Assembly (NCBI GenBank): GCA_026026165.1
Contig: JAPEUD010000050.1
Location: 172,281 to 192,280 of the forward strand
DNA from: Sarea resinae
Lineage: Eukaryota
Reading direction: 5' to 3'
Length of the DNA: 20,000 nucleotides
This document shows positions 1 through 11,255 of the stretch, piece by piece (position 1 is the stretch's first letter; every line of letters starts with the position of its first letter). Below the pieces are notes generated by a model that was given only the letters and a program-made list of their open reading frames with translations, was not told where the DNA came from and made no database searches. The position numbers and the translations under genes are program-made.

Positions 1-3000
1 ATGGCCTCGTTTCCTGCCACCATTTAGGTAAAAGAGCGGTATTGACTTTGCGGCTAATGGAGTCTGTCATTCAAAGGTTTTCACCTGCACCTGCAATTAA
101 CGTGGTGCATCAAAATGGACTGCCAGAACCCCACCAGCCCCGGGGTTACTCCGGTGCTAACATGGATGGGATGCGAGCTACGGCTTCTTGCTCTCTTGGT
201 CGGCGCAGAGATTCTAGAAAAGACGACCGCGCAGGTCACCGTATGCCGATGCTTACCAACGCCCAGCCATGGGCCCTGGATGAGGTGGGAGCTGGAGCTG
301 TTGCATTACGAGTAACCCTTCAGGTCAGGCCCATTTGCTCTCCGGCCGCGGCCACCTGACAATACCACCCGGGGGCATGGATGTAGTCCGGAAGCCGTGA
401 AGGTGCTTGATGGGTCGATCCAGCGCTGTCAACAGATCCATGCTGGGCTGCCTCGGACATCGGCTGGGAGCAATGGGCCGGTACTACGGAGCAACCAGGT
501 AAGATTGTGACTCCTCAAGCTATCACTGCTATTCGCGAACATCGTCATCTTGCAGAGCAGGGATCCTTGCTATCATCGCATAATCGCTTCAATTCGATCC
601 AGACTCCTGGTACCTTTTCACGATGGGGAGATTCGTAAGCAGGGCAGATACTGGGGCGGCTTAGGCCGGGTCAAGCGCTCTAGAAGGCCATTTCTGCCAG
701 TTTCTAGAGCAGAGCACCCTTACCTACAGGTACTCTATCCTGAATCAAAGAAAGACTTATTCCGATTCGGAAGCAACGTCCGCAGTGACATGGTTTATCC
801 GCGACATGTGGCCACGCGGCTGTCGATGGCCTTATCTGATCGACTCTCACGGCTTCTCCGATTCCCTTGGCATGATCTTTTGATGGCCTGACCGACGTTG
901 AGCGTCTGGATATCATGGCTGACGTTGAAGCATGATGGGGCGTATTGGGCTACTGCCGGCATTCGACAAGCCACACCACGCCAGATCTCCCTTTAAGATA
1001 CGAGAGACCGTGGGAAGTGTTTGAGTCTGGAAGCCGGTCGGGCCTCATCGGTCCGAGAGATCCATGCATGGATGTGTTGAAGGACTGGATGGGAAGCGTG
1101 TACGGAGAATTCCGCAGAACGCGCGCGCTACTACCTCCAGGGCTGTGCGAAATACCACCTCGGTCGTTCTCGCCTCCCGTCTGTTTGGTCTACGAGAAGA
1201 ATAGCCCCGGAGGTAATGGTGGGAAGATGACTCGTGACCTGATGCACTGACGGCCCAGATCCAAGAGCTCTCGTGCCCATGAATCAAGCCTGGATTGAAG
1301 TTGGCACATTCTAATACTAAGTATGCGGTTGAGGCTGTCGATAATGCTTTCGCACAGCCCTGGCCACTTTGCACCTCGAGTACTGCCTTGATGTACCAGA
1401 AATGGATTGCAGATGCGACAAGTACTCTGTACAGACTATGGGGCCCTCGGACCTTAACTCCTTAACTTCAGTACCCTCCACTTTTGTCTTGTTCGCCCCA
1501 CCAAAGAGAATTTCGTGCTACCCCCATCTGATAAAGGGTACAAATAAACTCGGACAATATTACAGTATTATTGGCCTGCTGTCTCCTACTAAATAACCTA
1601 CTGTGCCTCCTGGTGGGAGCGCTGCTTGGTGCGTGTAACATCTCGAATTCAATGCTAGACCAATCAAGCGATAGCTTATGCTGACGGATTAGATGATGGC
1701 ATTGGAATCTCTAAGGTACCTGGTAAGCGAAAGTTCCATACCCTACTTTCTCCCACCAAGCAGCACCACCATGTTGAGTCTGGGCCTTGTCTCCCTCCCT
1801 TGAGACGTTGAAATGAATAGAAGGTGGGATCAAAGTCACTCGTGCTCTGATTGTTACAAGGGTCCACAGGTTCACAAAATTTAAGCACTGTGAAAAGACG
1901 AGCGGTCGCCCGAGAACATAAGCATGCACAGCATACAGTCTGGCCACACAATGTTGACCTTTTAAAATGCTTCATAGTTGCATCGCCCTATGGTTTACGT
2001 TGGCCATACTTCGACATGACAATTGCAAGCAATTACAGAGACTTTCTGCATTCTGTCAGGTCAAGAAGTAGGGATCAAGGTTAGATCTGCAGCCTCCTAA
2101 CGCCAAATCTTTGCTTCTAAACCCGTGTTATAATTACCTGTAACGTTCAATCCAGCAACAGTGGCTTCGTACCTTATCTATTAGCAGTCTCTAGCGTCTG
2201 AAATGCCCTGCTTATCGTGGCTATCTGCTCATTGATCAAGAGAACTGCCACAGTAGGAGTCGGACGGCCTGGCAGGCCTCTTTGGTGGTAACAGTCATTT
2301 GAGGGTGTAAAGTAGCAGTGATATATCCGCAGAGGACCTTTTTTTAAGTATTATCACGGTTGCAGCGGTCCTTGGGCATTGTGACAGGTCGGAAGCGGTG
2401 TGGGGTGGCCATGTTTATAAGGTAGTCATCGATCGTGAAACAGCAGGAAGTGGTGATACTCAGTACTGTGTTTGTCCAAAACCTCTAGGGGTCTCTAAAT
2501 TGCCTTGGCGAGCGATCGAGCGATCGTTTGAAATTCGAGAGGCCGGACTGTACTCTCTTGTCAGATACCCTACCTCACCGACCTTACCTAGGTATGGTAT
2601 CTCACAGCTCACAGTTCTCCACAAGGTAGGTAAGATAGGTATTGAATAAGGGTTGCGATCTAAGAAAGAAAAAGCCCTGGAGGTTTCCTCAGACGAGGCA
2701 TCTCTACTCTAATACTCGTATCGTCATCATCGCGTACAATCATGAAGACATATGGTAATTTCAAAACAGGTCTTTTCGCTGAGGCACCCTTGTATCGACG
2801 ATCGGCGTTGATCTCGCTCCACAACAAACATGTCATGGTGGAGCAACTACTGAATGCCATGGTCGCAGACTTACTATTACTAGTACAGGATTTTCACCGG
2901 TAGCAGAGCGAACATACCGGGTAAAGATTTTAGCGACACGTGGGGATGGAGTCGAGTGAGCAAATGCCAATAAGCTTGCTGTGCGGATTACCGCATCGAG

Positions 3001-3488
3001 ATATCCCCACGACTTGGAAACGGACTCGAGTTGGTCCGCGCGGAACCTGAACGCACGGAGAGGCACTGGAATTACACTGCGGACTCAGATATACCGGTGC
3101 ATGGACGAGATATACGCATGTGGGATGCATCCTGCATACTCCGGTACTAGCCCTAGAGAGCTGGGCATGCCGCGCTTGACGTAACTGGTGAGATAATACC
3201 CTGTGGCCCCTGTGGGCCTGCCTCTTTCAGCCTGTCCGTTTGCTGGCATCGTCAAATGCGCATAATCATGGCCTTAGTCCTTCAAAACCAGTCTTTCGCT
3301 ACATACTTCCTCCATCTTTATCATTTCCCTAGAGTTTCCCCCATCATTATCATCACTTCTGCACCAGCCGAATCGTAAACTTCAGGCCTCGCCGGGAGGA
3401 GATTCACGACTCGCGAAGCTGGGAGCGTTCTCAGACCCGTTTCACGAGGCAACACAGACCTTGAATAAGACGCCCTCCCCATCTCAAG

Positions 3489-5864
3489 ATGGCCCCACGA
3501 ATCCCCCGGCGGTTTTTCAAGCCGCTCCTCTACACCTCTGGTGCGGCCGCAATGGGCGGTGGGCTGCTATATATCCAATGGAGACCGCGAGAGATCAAGG
3601 GAGGCGAACCTGCCGCGGTCCCACCTCCTGGTTACGGAGCAGGAGGAACATTCGTGCCTCCACACTTCCCACTGGTAAAGTCTCGGGAGGAGCAAATAGC
3701 GGATCTCAAGCGGTCAGGAGGAGTCAAGCAGACCGTTGAGAAGGCCAAGGATGGCATTAATGGCATATCCGAAGGCATCTCAGAATGGCTGGGCGTCAAA
3801 GGAGACGAAACTTATGACGTTGCTGACGAGGATGGTGCTGAACCGTATGATCTTTTGATCATTGGCGCTGGCGCAACCGGCTCGGGCATTGCTCTCGATG
3901 CAGCGACCAGAGGCCTCAAGGTTGCTGTAGTCGAGCGAGATGATTTCAGCAGCGGCACGAGCAGTAAGAGCACAAAGTTGGTACATGGTGGTGTAAGATA
4001 TCTTGAGAAAGCCGTTTTCGAGCTCGACTATAACCAGTAAGCCGATAATTTGCGTTGAACGCATTTCCATCTCATGACTGATTATGTGACATAGATATTC
4101 CCTCGTCAAAGAGGCATTACGAGAGCGGAAGTATTTCCTGGATACTGCTCCGCATCTATCGAACTGGTTGCCCATCATGGTCCCCATCGACAAGTGGTAC
4201 AAAGCACCATACTTTTGGACTGGTACAAAGTTTTACGACTACCTTGCTGGATCGGAAAATATTGAGAGTTCTTATTTCCTGACCAGAAGCAAGGCTCTTG
4301 ATGCCTTTCCGATGTTAAAGAAGGAAGGCTTATTTGGCGCTCTTATATACTATGGTACGTTTGGCCGCATCAGACAAACTTTTCGAAGCTGACTGTTGAA
4401 GATGGCGCGCACAATGATTCGCGAATGAATGTCTCCCTAGCAATGACTTCTGCGCTCTACGGTGCCACTGTGGTCAACCACATTGAAGTGACAGGGCTGG
4501 AAAAGGATGCGTCCGGAAAACTGAGTGGTGCACGAGTGAAGGATCTCGTGACGGAAAAGAATGGAAGGACGCCCAAGGAGTTCAGTATCAAGGCAAAGGG
4601 CATAATCAACGCCACAGGTCCATTTACCGACTCGATCAGGAAGATGGACGACCAAGCGGTCCCTGAGATTGTTGCCCCTAGTTCGGGAGTACATATCATC
4701 TTGCCGGGATATTTCAGTCCATCTAGTATGGGCTTGATTGATCCCTCAACATCCGATGGCCGTGTCATTTTCTTCCTCCCATGGCAGGGTAACACGATCG
4801 CCGGAACTACCGATGCGCCGACCAAAATCAGTCAAAATCCTGTGGCTGGGGAAGAGGAAATCGAGTGGATTCTCAAAGAAATACGTGGCTACCTCGCTCC
4901 TGATATAACCGTTCGACGAGGAGATGTCCTAGCAGCCTGGTCCGGAATCAGACCTTTGGTCCGTGACCCTAATGCGAAGAATACGCAGTCTCTTGTTCGA
5001 AACCATTTGATTACCGTGTCGGATTCAGGCCTGATGACTTGCGCTGGTGGTAAATGGACCACTTACCGCCAGATGTCCGAAGAAACGGTTGATGAGGCAA
5101 TCAAGTACTTTGGTCTCCGTACAAGGGCTATTACGGATCCGCCAAATGTGAGCGGCATGGGATTTGCCAACGACGAAGCGATTCTGGATGGATCATGCCA
5201 GACGCATCGCGTCCGGCTTGTCGGTGCACACGGCTTCTCTAGGACTCTGTTCATCAACTTGATACAGCACTTTGGCATTGAGACGGATGTTGCAAAACAC
5301 TTGACGGAGTCTTATGGTGACCGTGCCTGGACCGTTGCTTCCCTATCATCGCCAACGGATAAACATTTCCCTGTTCGAGGTATCCGTCTTTCTCCTCTTT
5401 ACCCTTTCATCGATGGGGAGATTCGTTACGCGGTCCGTCATGAATATGCCCAGACTGCAGTTGATGTCTTGGCTCGACGGACGAGACTTGCTTTCTTGAA
5501 TGCACAGGGGGCATTGGAAGCCTTACCGTCGGTCATTGATGTCATGGCGGAAGAGCTGCACTGGGACAAGAAGAGAAAAGATGTCGAGTGGAAGGAAACG
5601 ATCAATTTCTTGGGCTCGATGGGCTTGCCACAGAGCAAGCTTGGTCTCTCCCGAAAGCAGGTTGAGAGTGGCATCTTGAGCAAATTCCTGGCGAAGGAGG
5701 ATAACACGTACGCTAGGCATGGTAAGCTGTAACGCCCCACCTCGTCGAATATATCGAGCTAAATTTTCCATCTAGATTCCCCGGCTGATACTCTGGAGAG
5801 TGACTCAAAGTTCGAATCGGGGCAAAACCCCGTAGTTGGGACCGAGTCTCCTGTAAACAAATAG
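3489..5864 (+). CDS. GUT2: Mitochondrial FAD-dependent glycerol-3-phosphate dehydrogenase, 738 aa; exons 3489-4036, 4095-4354, 4402-5721, 5776-5864
   Basis: FAD-binding motif [23 protein letters not shown], plus [54 protein letters not shown] and [12 protein letters not shown]. The N-terminus is Arg-rich with a hydrophobic segment, resembling a mitochondrial targeting sequence and anchor. Introns 4037-4094 (gtaagc..tag), 4355-4401 (gtacgt..gctgac..aag) and 5722-5775 (gtaagc..tag) join the exons in frame, 2217 nt in total. Confidence 0.95.
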
Positions 5865-6470
5865 TGGCATAGCGGTGGCGCGTTGGGTCGATCACGGAGT
5901 GGTTTCAGCGTTCAGCGTATATTCTATAGACCATCACCAGTAGATTTAAATGATGAGCTGTATATTTCAATAGGATGGACGAATGAGTTTACTCTTTTCA
6001 CATCCAGAAATCGGGACGGGCGGACTTGGACTCTACTGAACCGTTCGTGGACCGAGACGTTCGACGAAAGAGAGCCCGAAACTCGCTTGCGATGGTCAAG
6101 CATACATTAGTCAGCAACGCTGAGGACATAAGCGGATTGCTGCGAATAGATTTCGTGCTGCCTTGAAGATAGCCATCTCAGGTTAACCTCAAGACTACCT
6201 AGCCACCTGGTCATCGGAGGCGTTCGTTCTTCTGATCAGGCGATGGCGCAAAGTGCAATACTGCGTTTTCGTCATGTTATCAAATGGCCATCTCATCCTA
6301 ACCTGAAGCTCCTAGTCACCTCCCGACGAAGTCGGGGATCATACAGAGTACACATTTTTGCGGGGTAGAGTACCTTAAGGTATGCTCGCTTGAAGATCGA
6401 CCATCAGTGATGGGCACGCTAAAGGAAGATCATGATCGTGGCTGGGCCTGTGTACGAAGTACTGCATTGG

Positions 6471-6500
6471 TGTGTGCTGCCTCCATGTGTGCTGCCTCCA
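6471..6500. repeat. Perfect 15-bp tandem duplication (TGTGTGCTGCCTCCA x2)
   Basis: Copies at 6471-6485 and 6486-6500, read directly. Confidence 0.9.
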
Positions 6501-7062
6501 ATGTAGAGGAGAGGAGAGCAGGTACTGCGCTGTGACACGCCTAACGAGAAAGGGAAATGGGGGTGAAAAGATGATGGCAAAGAGCTTTCCCATCCAAACC
6601 TTAAGGGGGAATCTCCGAGGTGGACCTATTCCATAGCGCAGACTCTTCCATCTCACTCTGCCGGACCGTATGCTCTAAGGTAGATGCGAGCCTAGCCGGC
6701 CATGCTGCTACGGCTCCATCCCCTCGTTGCCCTGGACTCCTGGGCTCGGGCCAGGCAAGGCTTGCCGACCAGACTGTCTCAATGCTCGGCCCCGATGATC
6801 GCTTTTCTTCGCCATGGCAGACGTCGGCGTGCTAGCAGCAGGCTTTCTAGGAGATGAGAATCGAGGGCGATGGCTGTCTCTACCGGCTTCCTTTTCTACT
6901 CCTTCTTCTCCTTCTTTCTTCATCATCGTTGTCATCTCTGTAATTTTACCCTTGGAAGTGGCAAAATCTATTTTGCTGTCATGCTGAAAAGCGTCAGCTT
7001 ATCACGTCCTGGACGATCATCATGACTTGACTCTGCTCATCTCTATTGAAGCTGGAAGAAGC

Positions 7063-9800
7063 ATGTCTGGCACGGGCGCCCATGCCGCGAACAGAGGTCC
7101 AGCTGTCATTGGTGTGACGACTGCCACGATTGCCGCCGCTACTATATTCGTCTTCCTCCGCCTATGCTCTCGTGCGTTCATTGTTAAGAGGATCTCATGG
7201 GACGATTACGCCATCTTGGTAGCATGGGTCTGCATCTCGCTGGTCCGCATCAGGGTTTTGCTAATTGAGCCCTAGATTGTCTGCCTCGGCTTTTCCTTCG
7301 TCATCTGCTATGCCACCTCTGTTGGCTTAGGTCGTCATGAAAAAGCCGTACCAGCAGACTCGGAGCCAGCTCTGAGAAAGGCCGAGTTCGCCATCTCGAT
7401 TCTCTACGTATGAGTCCCATTCTGGATATCGTCGTCTTAGCTAATCTGATCAGAACCCGGCTTTGATGTCAACGAAGACCTCTGTACTGCTATTCTACCT
7501 TAGCCTATCTAAAAATGATCCAGTCTTTCGATGGGAGTCCCTGATCACTCTCATTGTTGTGAACGTTGCTGGATTAGCTCTGACCTTGCTCAATGCCTTC
7601 CAATGCCGTCCGGTCAGGGCAGCATTCCAGTATCCAACCTCCGCCACGGCACACTGCACTGATGTTGTTGTACTCTACCTCTCGTCAGCCCCGGTCAACA
7701 TTCTTACGGATATGGCTATATTTTTCATCCCGCTGCCGATCCTGACATCTATGCGTCTACCTCGAAAACAAAAGATCATCTTGATCATCACTTTTGGCGT
7801 TGTGGCATTCGTTGGCGTTGTTGATGTCATTCGAGTTGGATTCCTCCAGCAAGCATTCTCAGCTCGTCTGGAGGAGAGCCGGACTGGCAATCGCCTTTAT
7901 AGCGACGATCCTGCCAGTTTGACGGACTTCTCCTGTATGTTAGATTCCTTGCCTTCGAGCACTTCCACTGATACGCTTAGGGTACGGGTCATACTCATTC
8001 ATGTGGTCGGCTATTGAGGCAAACGTTGGACTCCTTATTGCCAACGTCCCAGGCCTCAAACCACTCGTGTTTCGTTTCATGCCACAAATTCTCCGCGATA
8101 CTACCCAAGATAGCGACGGCACGGGAACTAGGTCCTCTGAAGCTCAGAATCAAGCCTTAGCTGAGGCACCAGCACAGCGGTTACCTTCGGTTGCCGAGCC
8201 TCTACGCCGACCTCTCACTGGAAATAATGAGCAAATCAACGTCCTAGATTTTTTAACGACTCCAGATATGGCCTCAGCAAGTCCGGACGTGGCACTAGAT
8301 AACCCAAGAAGCCGAACTGCTACCACCGTTACCCACAGTACCAAGGCCGAGGGTGCTACGTCCTTTGATTTCGTCAATATCAAAAATCCGAAAAGTATGG
8401 TGAAGATGAACGCTAAGGAATCACTATTCCCGGTGGGTATCATAACGATCATCTTCTTTCTATGGGGCTTCGCCTACGGATTACTTCAAGTTCTGAACAT
8501 GCAGTTTCAATCTCTCGAGGGTTTAAGCACCGGCCAAACCTATGGTCTCCACAGTATATACTTCGGAGCTTATCTTATTGGACCACTCACTCTGGGACGA
8601 TATACACTCAAAAAATGGGGTTTCAAAGTGACTTTTATCGGTGGCTTGGCTATATACAGCTGTGGTACTCTTATCTTCTGGCCATCGGCAGTGCTGACCT
8701 CCTTTGCTGCATTCATGGTATCTAATTTTGTTGTCGGATTTGGCCTCTCTATTTTAGAAACTGCCGCAAATCCATTCATAGCTCTCTGTGGGCCTCCAGA
8801 GTATGCGGAGGTTCGTCTCAACTTCGCACAAGGCATTCAGGGGATTGGTAGTTTGGTATCCCAAATTCTTGCTCAGAGAGTGTTCTTCCGGACTGCCACC
8901 GGACCCGATTCTCTTACAGACGCTCAGTGGACCTACCTTGGTATTGCGCTATTCGTCAACTTGCTTGCCCTTGCCATCTACTACATTCCTTTACCAGAAG
9001 TCTCTGACAGCGATCTCAGGGAGCTTGCATGGAAGCAGCAGTCTGAAAAGCCCATCAAGATTGGCGGAATATCTATCGTGAATATCACCCTGGCTCTAGG
9101 TGTCTTCTCTCAATTCTGTCTTATTGGTGCGCAAGAGACAATCTCCGTTTCTTTCAATACCTTTATAGGTGCGATGCATCCTAGGTAAGCTCAACTTCCC
9201 TCTGTTACAACCTTCTGCTCACGAAAAAGCCCCACGCCTCTATCAGACTCAGATTACCTAGCCCTAGGGCACACGACATTTGCTGTTGGCCGTTTCGTTG
9301 CTATGGGGGCCTGCTTCGTGATCAAACCGCGTTGGGTCCTGCTTTTCTTCTACATTGGAGGAGTTGTCACATCAGCGCTGACGATGACCTATACGGGAGA
9401 CACCGGCATAGCAATGCTTATCCTGGTTTTCTTCTTCGAGGTGTGTGTACCAAGCTGCACTCGCGAACAGTACTAACCTTTCCAGTCCGCCATCTTCCCT
9501 ACCTTGTTCGCTATATGCCTGCGCGGGCTCGGCGCCCGGACAAAGACTGCTGCAGCCCTTCTGACCGCCGCCGTCTGCTCAGGCGCAATCTTTCCTCCCG
9601 TCGCAAACCCCATAGCAGAAAACCGAGGACCACTGTACTCCTTTTGTATTGTCGTTGCTCTTTTCTCTTTTGGATCCATCTTTCCAGCTTATCTGAATCT
9701 CGTTCCTGCGGCAAAGAAGCATGTCGATCCAGTGTCGGAGGACACAAATGCCCTCTTTGAACAAAGCTGGCCCGGCCACCGCGAAGTTCCCCATCAATGA
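7063..9800 (+). CDS. Fusion protein, 835 aa: N-terminal Pth11-like 7-TM domain, Ser/Thr-rich linker, C-terminal FucP-like (L-fucose/glucose-galactose permease) 12-TM MFS domain; exons 7063-7227, 7276-7407, 7454-7934, 7981-9184, 9230-9440, 9486-9800
   Basis: Pth11-like motifs: FLRLCSR, WDDY, GLGRH, KTSVLLFYL, FQCRP, NILTD..IFFIPLP, LPRKQK, WSAIEANVG..ANVP. FucP motifs: FFLWGFAYGLL, YFGAY, GLSILETAANPFI, RLNFAQG, QFC.IGAQ, FAVGRF, FESAIFPTLF. Five introns of 45-48 nt have branch points (ctaat, ctaat, ctgat, ctcac, tactaac) and give 2508 nt in frame. The domain junction lies inside exon 4. Confidence 0.88.
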
Positions 9801-11128
9801 GAATTTCGACATATACTAGCGACTGTATAATTGGTTAACAAGAATGGGAGGCGAATTAGGTGTTTTGTTATTTTCCCTTCTGGGCTGTTGCATTTTGGCG
9901 CGGAGTCTAGCATTTGGAGCTTTATATCTGATACTCAGCCCGGGTAGCACAGAACCGGCATTACAGGGTGTTGGAAAATTTCGCAATTCCATCACCCTCG
10001 TACACAATTGTCTAGGCATTTTTCATTGTCATCAACGGTCATGTTGAGTGCTGTAGTAGATTCTTCTCATACAGTAGCAATAGTTAATCATCAGACGAAT
10101 CTCATGTCAAAAGGGAATCTAGTTGATGGTTTGAGTTCTGTTGCCTTTCCTGATAGCACAAAGTACCACGTTGTCTTCATCACGAATAATCCAAGAAGCT
10201 CAATCTTCTACGAAAGGTGAGAATATGGGGCTATGGGTATACTGACAGGACTGGTCGACCAATCGCCCTCCAACGAGTTTCGACACACGCGTTCATCGAA
10301 CGACTCAAATAGTACCTGGAAGCTTCGATCATGACGCCTTCATGAGCTGCTCTCTAGACCAACCTCCATCGAACGTCTCAAGCATCAGAAGCGTCTCGGG
10401 GCCACGCCTTGTCGAGAGTCTTGGTATTGGAGAACGCAGCCCGAGCAGTGGCTTTGGCTTTCGAGCACCAACACCGCCGCTCCTGATCGTAACTCTACAG
10501 TACCCCGCCTCCTAGGTACGAAGTACAGTACGGAGTCTGAAGATTAAGAGCGAATTCTCCCAACCCAACCTTTCTCTGCCACCGTCACCGACATCTCAAT
10601 CGTACAGTAAGGCAGGTAAAGTAAGCTCCAGACCACAGTCTCGCCCGCCTTCGTCCGAGTCCCATCCATCAATGCTTTTACTACAACTAGAGACGCACGA
10701 CTGACGCAGAGGATCGCGGGGTCGTCGGCCGCGGAGGGGTACAGCTGAGCGGGGTACGCGGCCGAGTCCAGCGTGTGTTAGGTGGGGCACTGTCCAATTT
10801 ACCTCGTAGTACTTCGTACTCTACTCCGATAGTCACTTAACTCTAGAGAGACTGAGGACAGCGTATCGCCATGTTTGGGCTCTGGGGCAGCAGTGGCAGG
10901 CTTGAGCGCGAGCGTGAGGACCGGGGGAGACAGACTCCTTGCCTGCCATTGCCATTGCCATTCCTCGTACGAGAAATGCTTTCGTGGTCCGGCCCCGCGG
11001 TCTACTCATAGTACTTCATTCGACGGAGTACTTCGTACCAAGGTCACTTTACCCACCGAAACGTGTGGAAGGGTACACGATACGCCCCCGGACTTAACGG
11101 GAGATAATGACGTTCGACTCTGCACCCT

Positions 11129-11134
11129 TATAAA
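11129..11134 (+). promoter_or_regulatory. TATA box of the aldo-keto reductase gene
   Basis: TATAAA lies 127 bp upstream of ATG 11256 and is followed by a pyrimidine-rich tract and a CA-rich leader typical of fungal 5' UTRs. Confidence 0.6.
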
Positions 11135-11216
11135 TTCGCTTTCCCTCTGCTGCTTCTCAAAGGGATCCAGCAAACAACACTCGAATCAATCTTCTCTCCA
11201 TTGTCAATCTTCCAAC

Positions 11217-11253
11217 TCAGCATCGGAAACCTGTCAGCATCGGAAACCTGTCA
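11217..11253. repeat. Perfect 17-bp tandem duplication (TCAGCATCGGAAACCTG x2 plus TCA) in the AKR 5' leader
   Basis: Copies at 11217-11233 and 11234-11250, with the partial third copy ending just before ATG 11256. Confidence 0.9.
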
Positions 11254-11255
11254 TC

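Noticed and set aside
2570..2641. TACC/GGTA inverted-repeat-like segment including the palindrome TACCTAGGTA
   Set aside because: The arms are short, imperfect and low-complexity, of a kind common in fungal intergenic DNA. There is no target-site duplication or transposase to support a MITE.
42..3184. Short ORFs of 60-113 aa in the ORF track
   Set aside because: They have no recognisable motifs, many start at non-ATG codons, and I could not build a consistent splice model.
9060..9362. Two more perfect GARE matches (ATTGGCGGA at 9060, ATTGGAGGA at 9354)
   Set aside because: Both lie in coding exons as Ile-Gly-Gly codons and are explained by the protein sequence.
7027..9800. Treating ORFs 7027-7275, 7463-8017, 8001-9188 and 9504-9800 as separate genes
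   Set aside because: Canonical short introns join them in frame, and ORF 8001-9188 itself contains both the last receptor helix and the first MFS helices.
10875..11255. N-terminal part of ORF 10875-11366 as AKR coding sequence
   Set aside because: It starts at TTG and runs through the TATA box and the 5' leader duplication. AKR-like sequence begins at ATG 11256.
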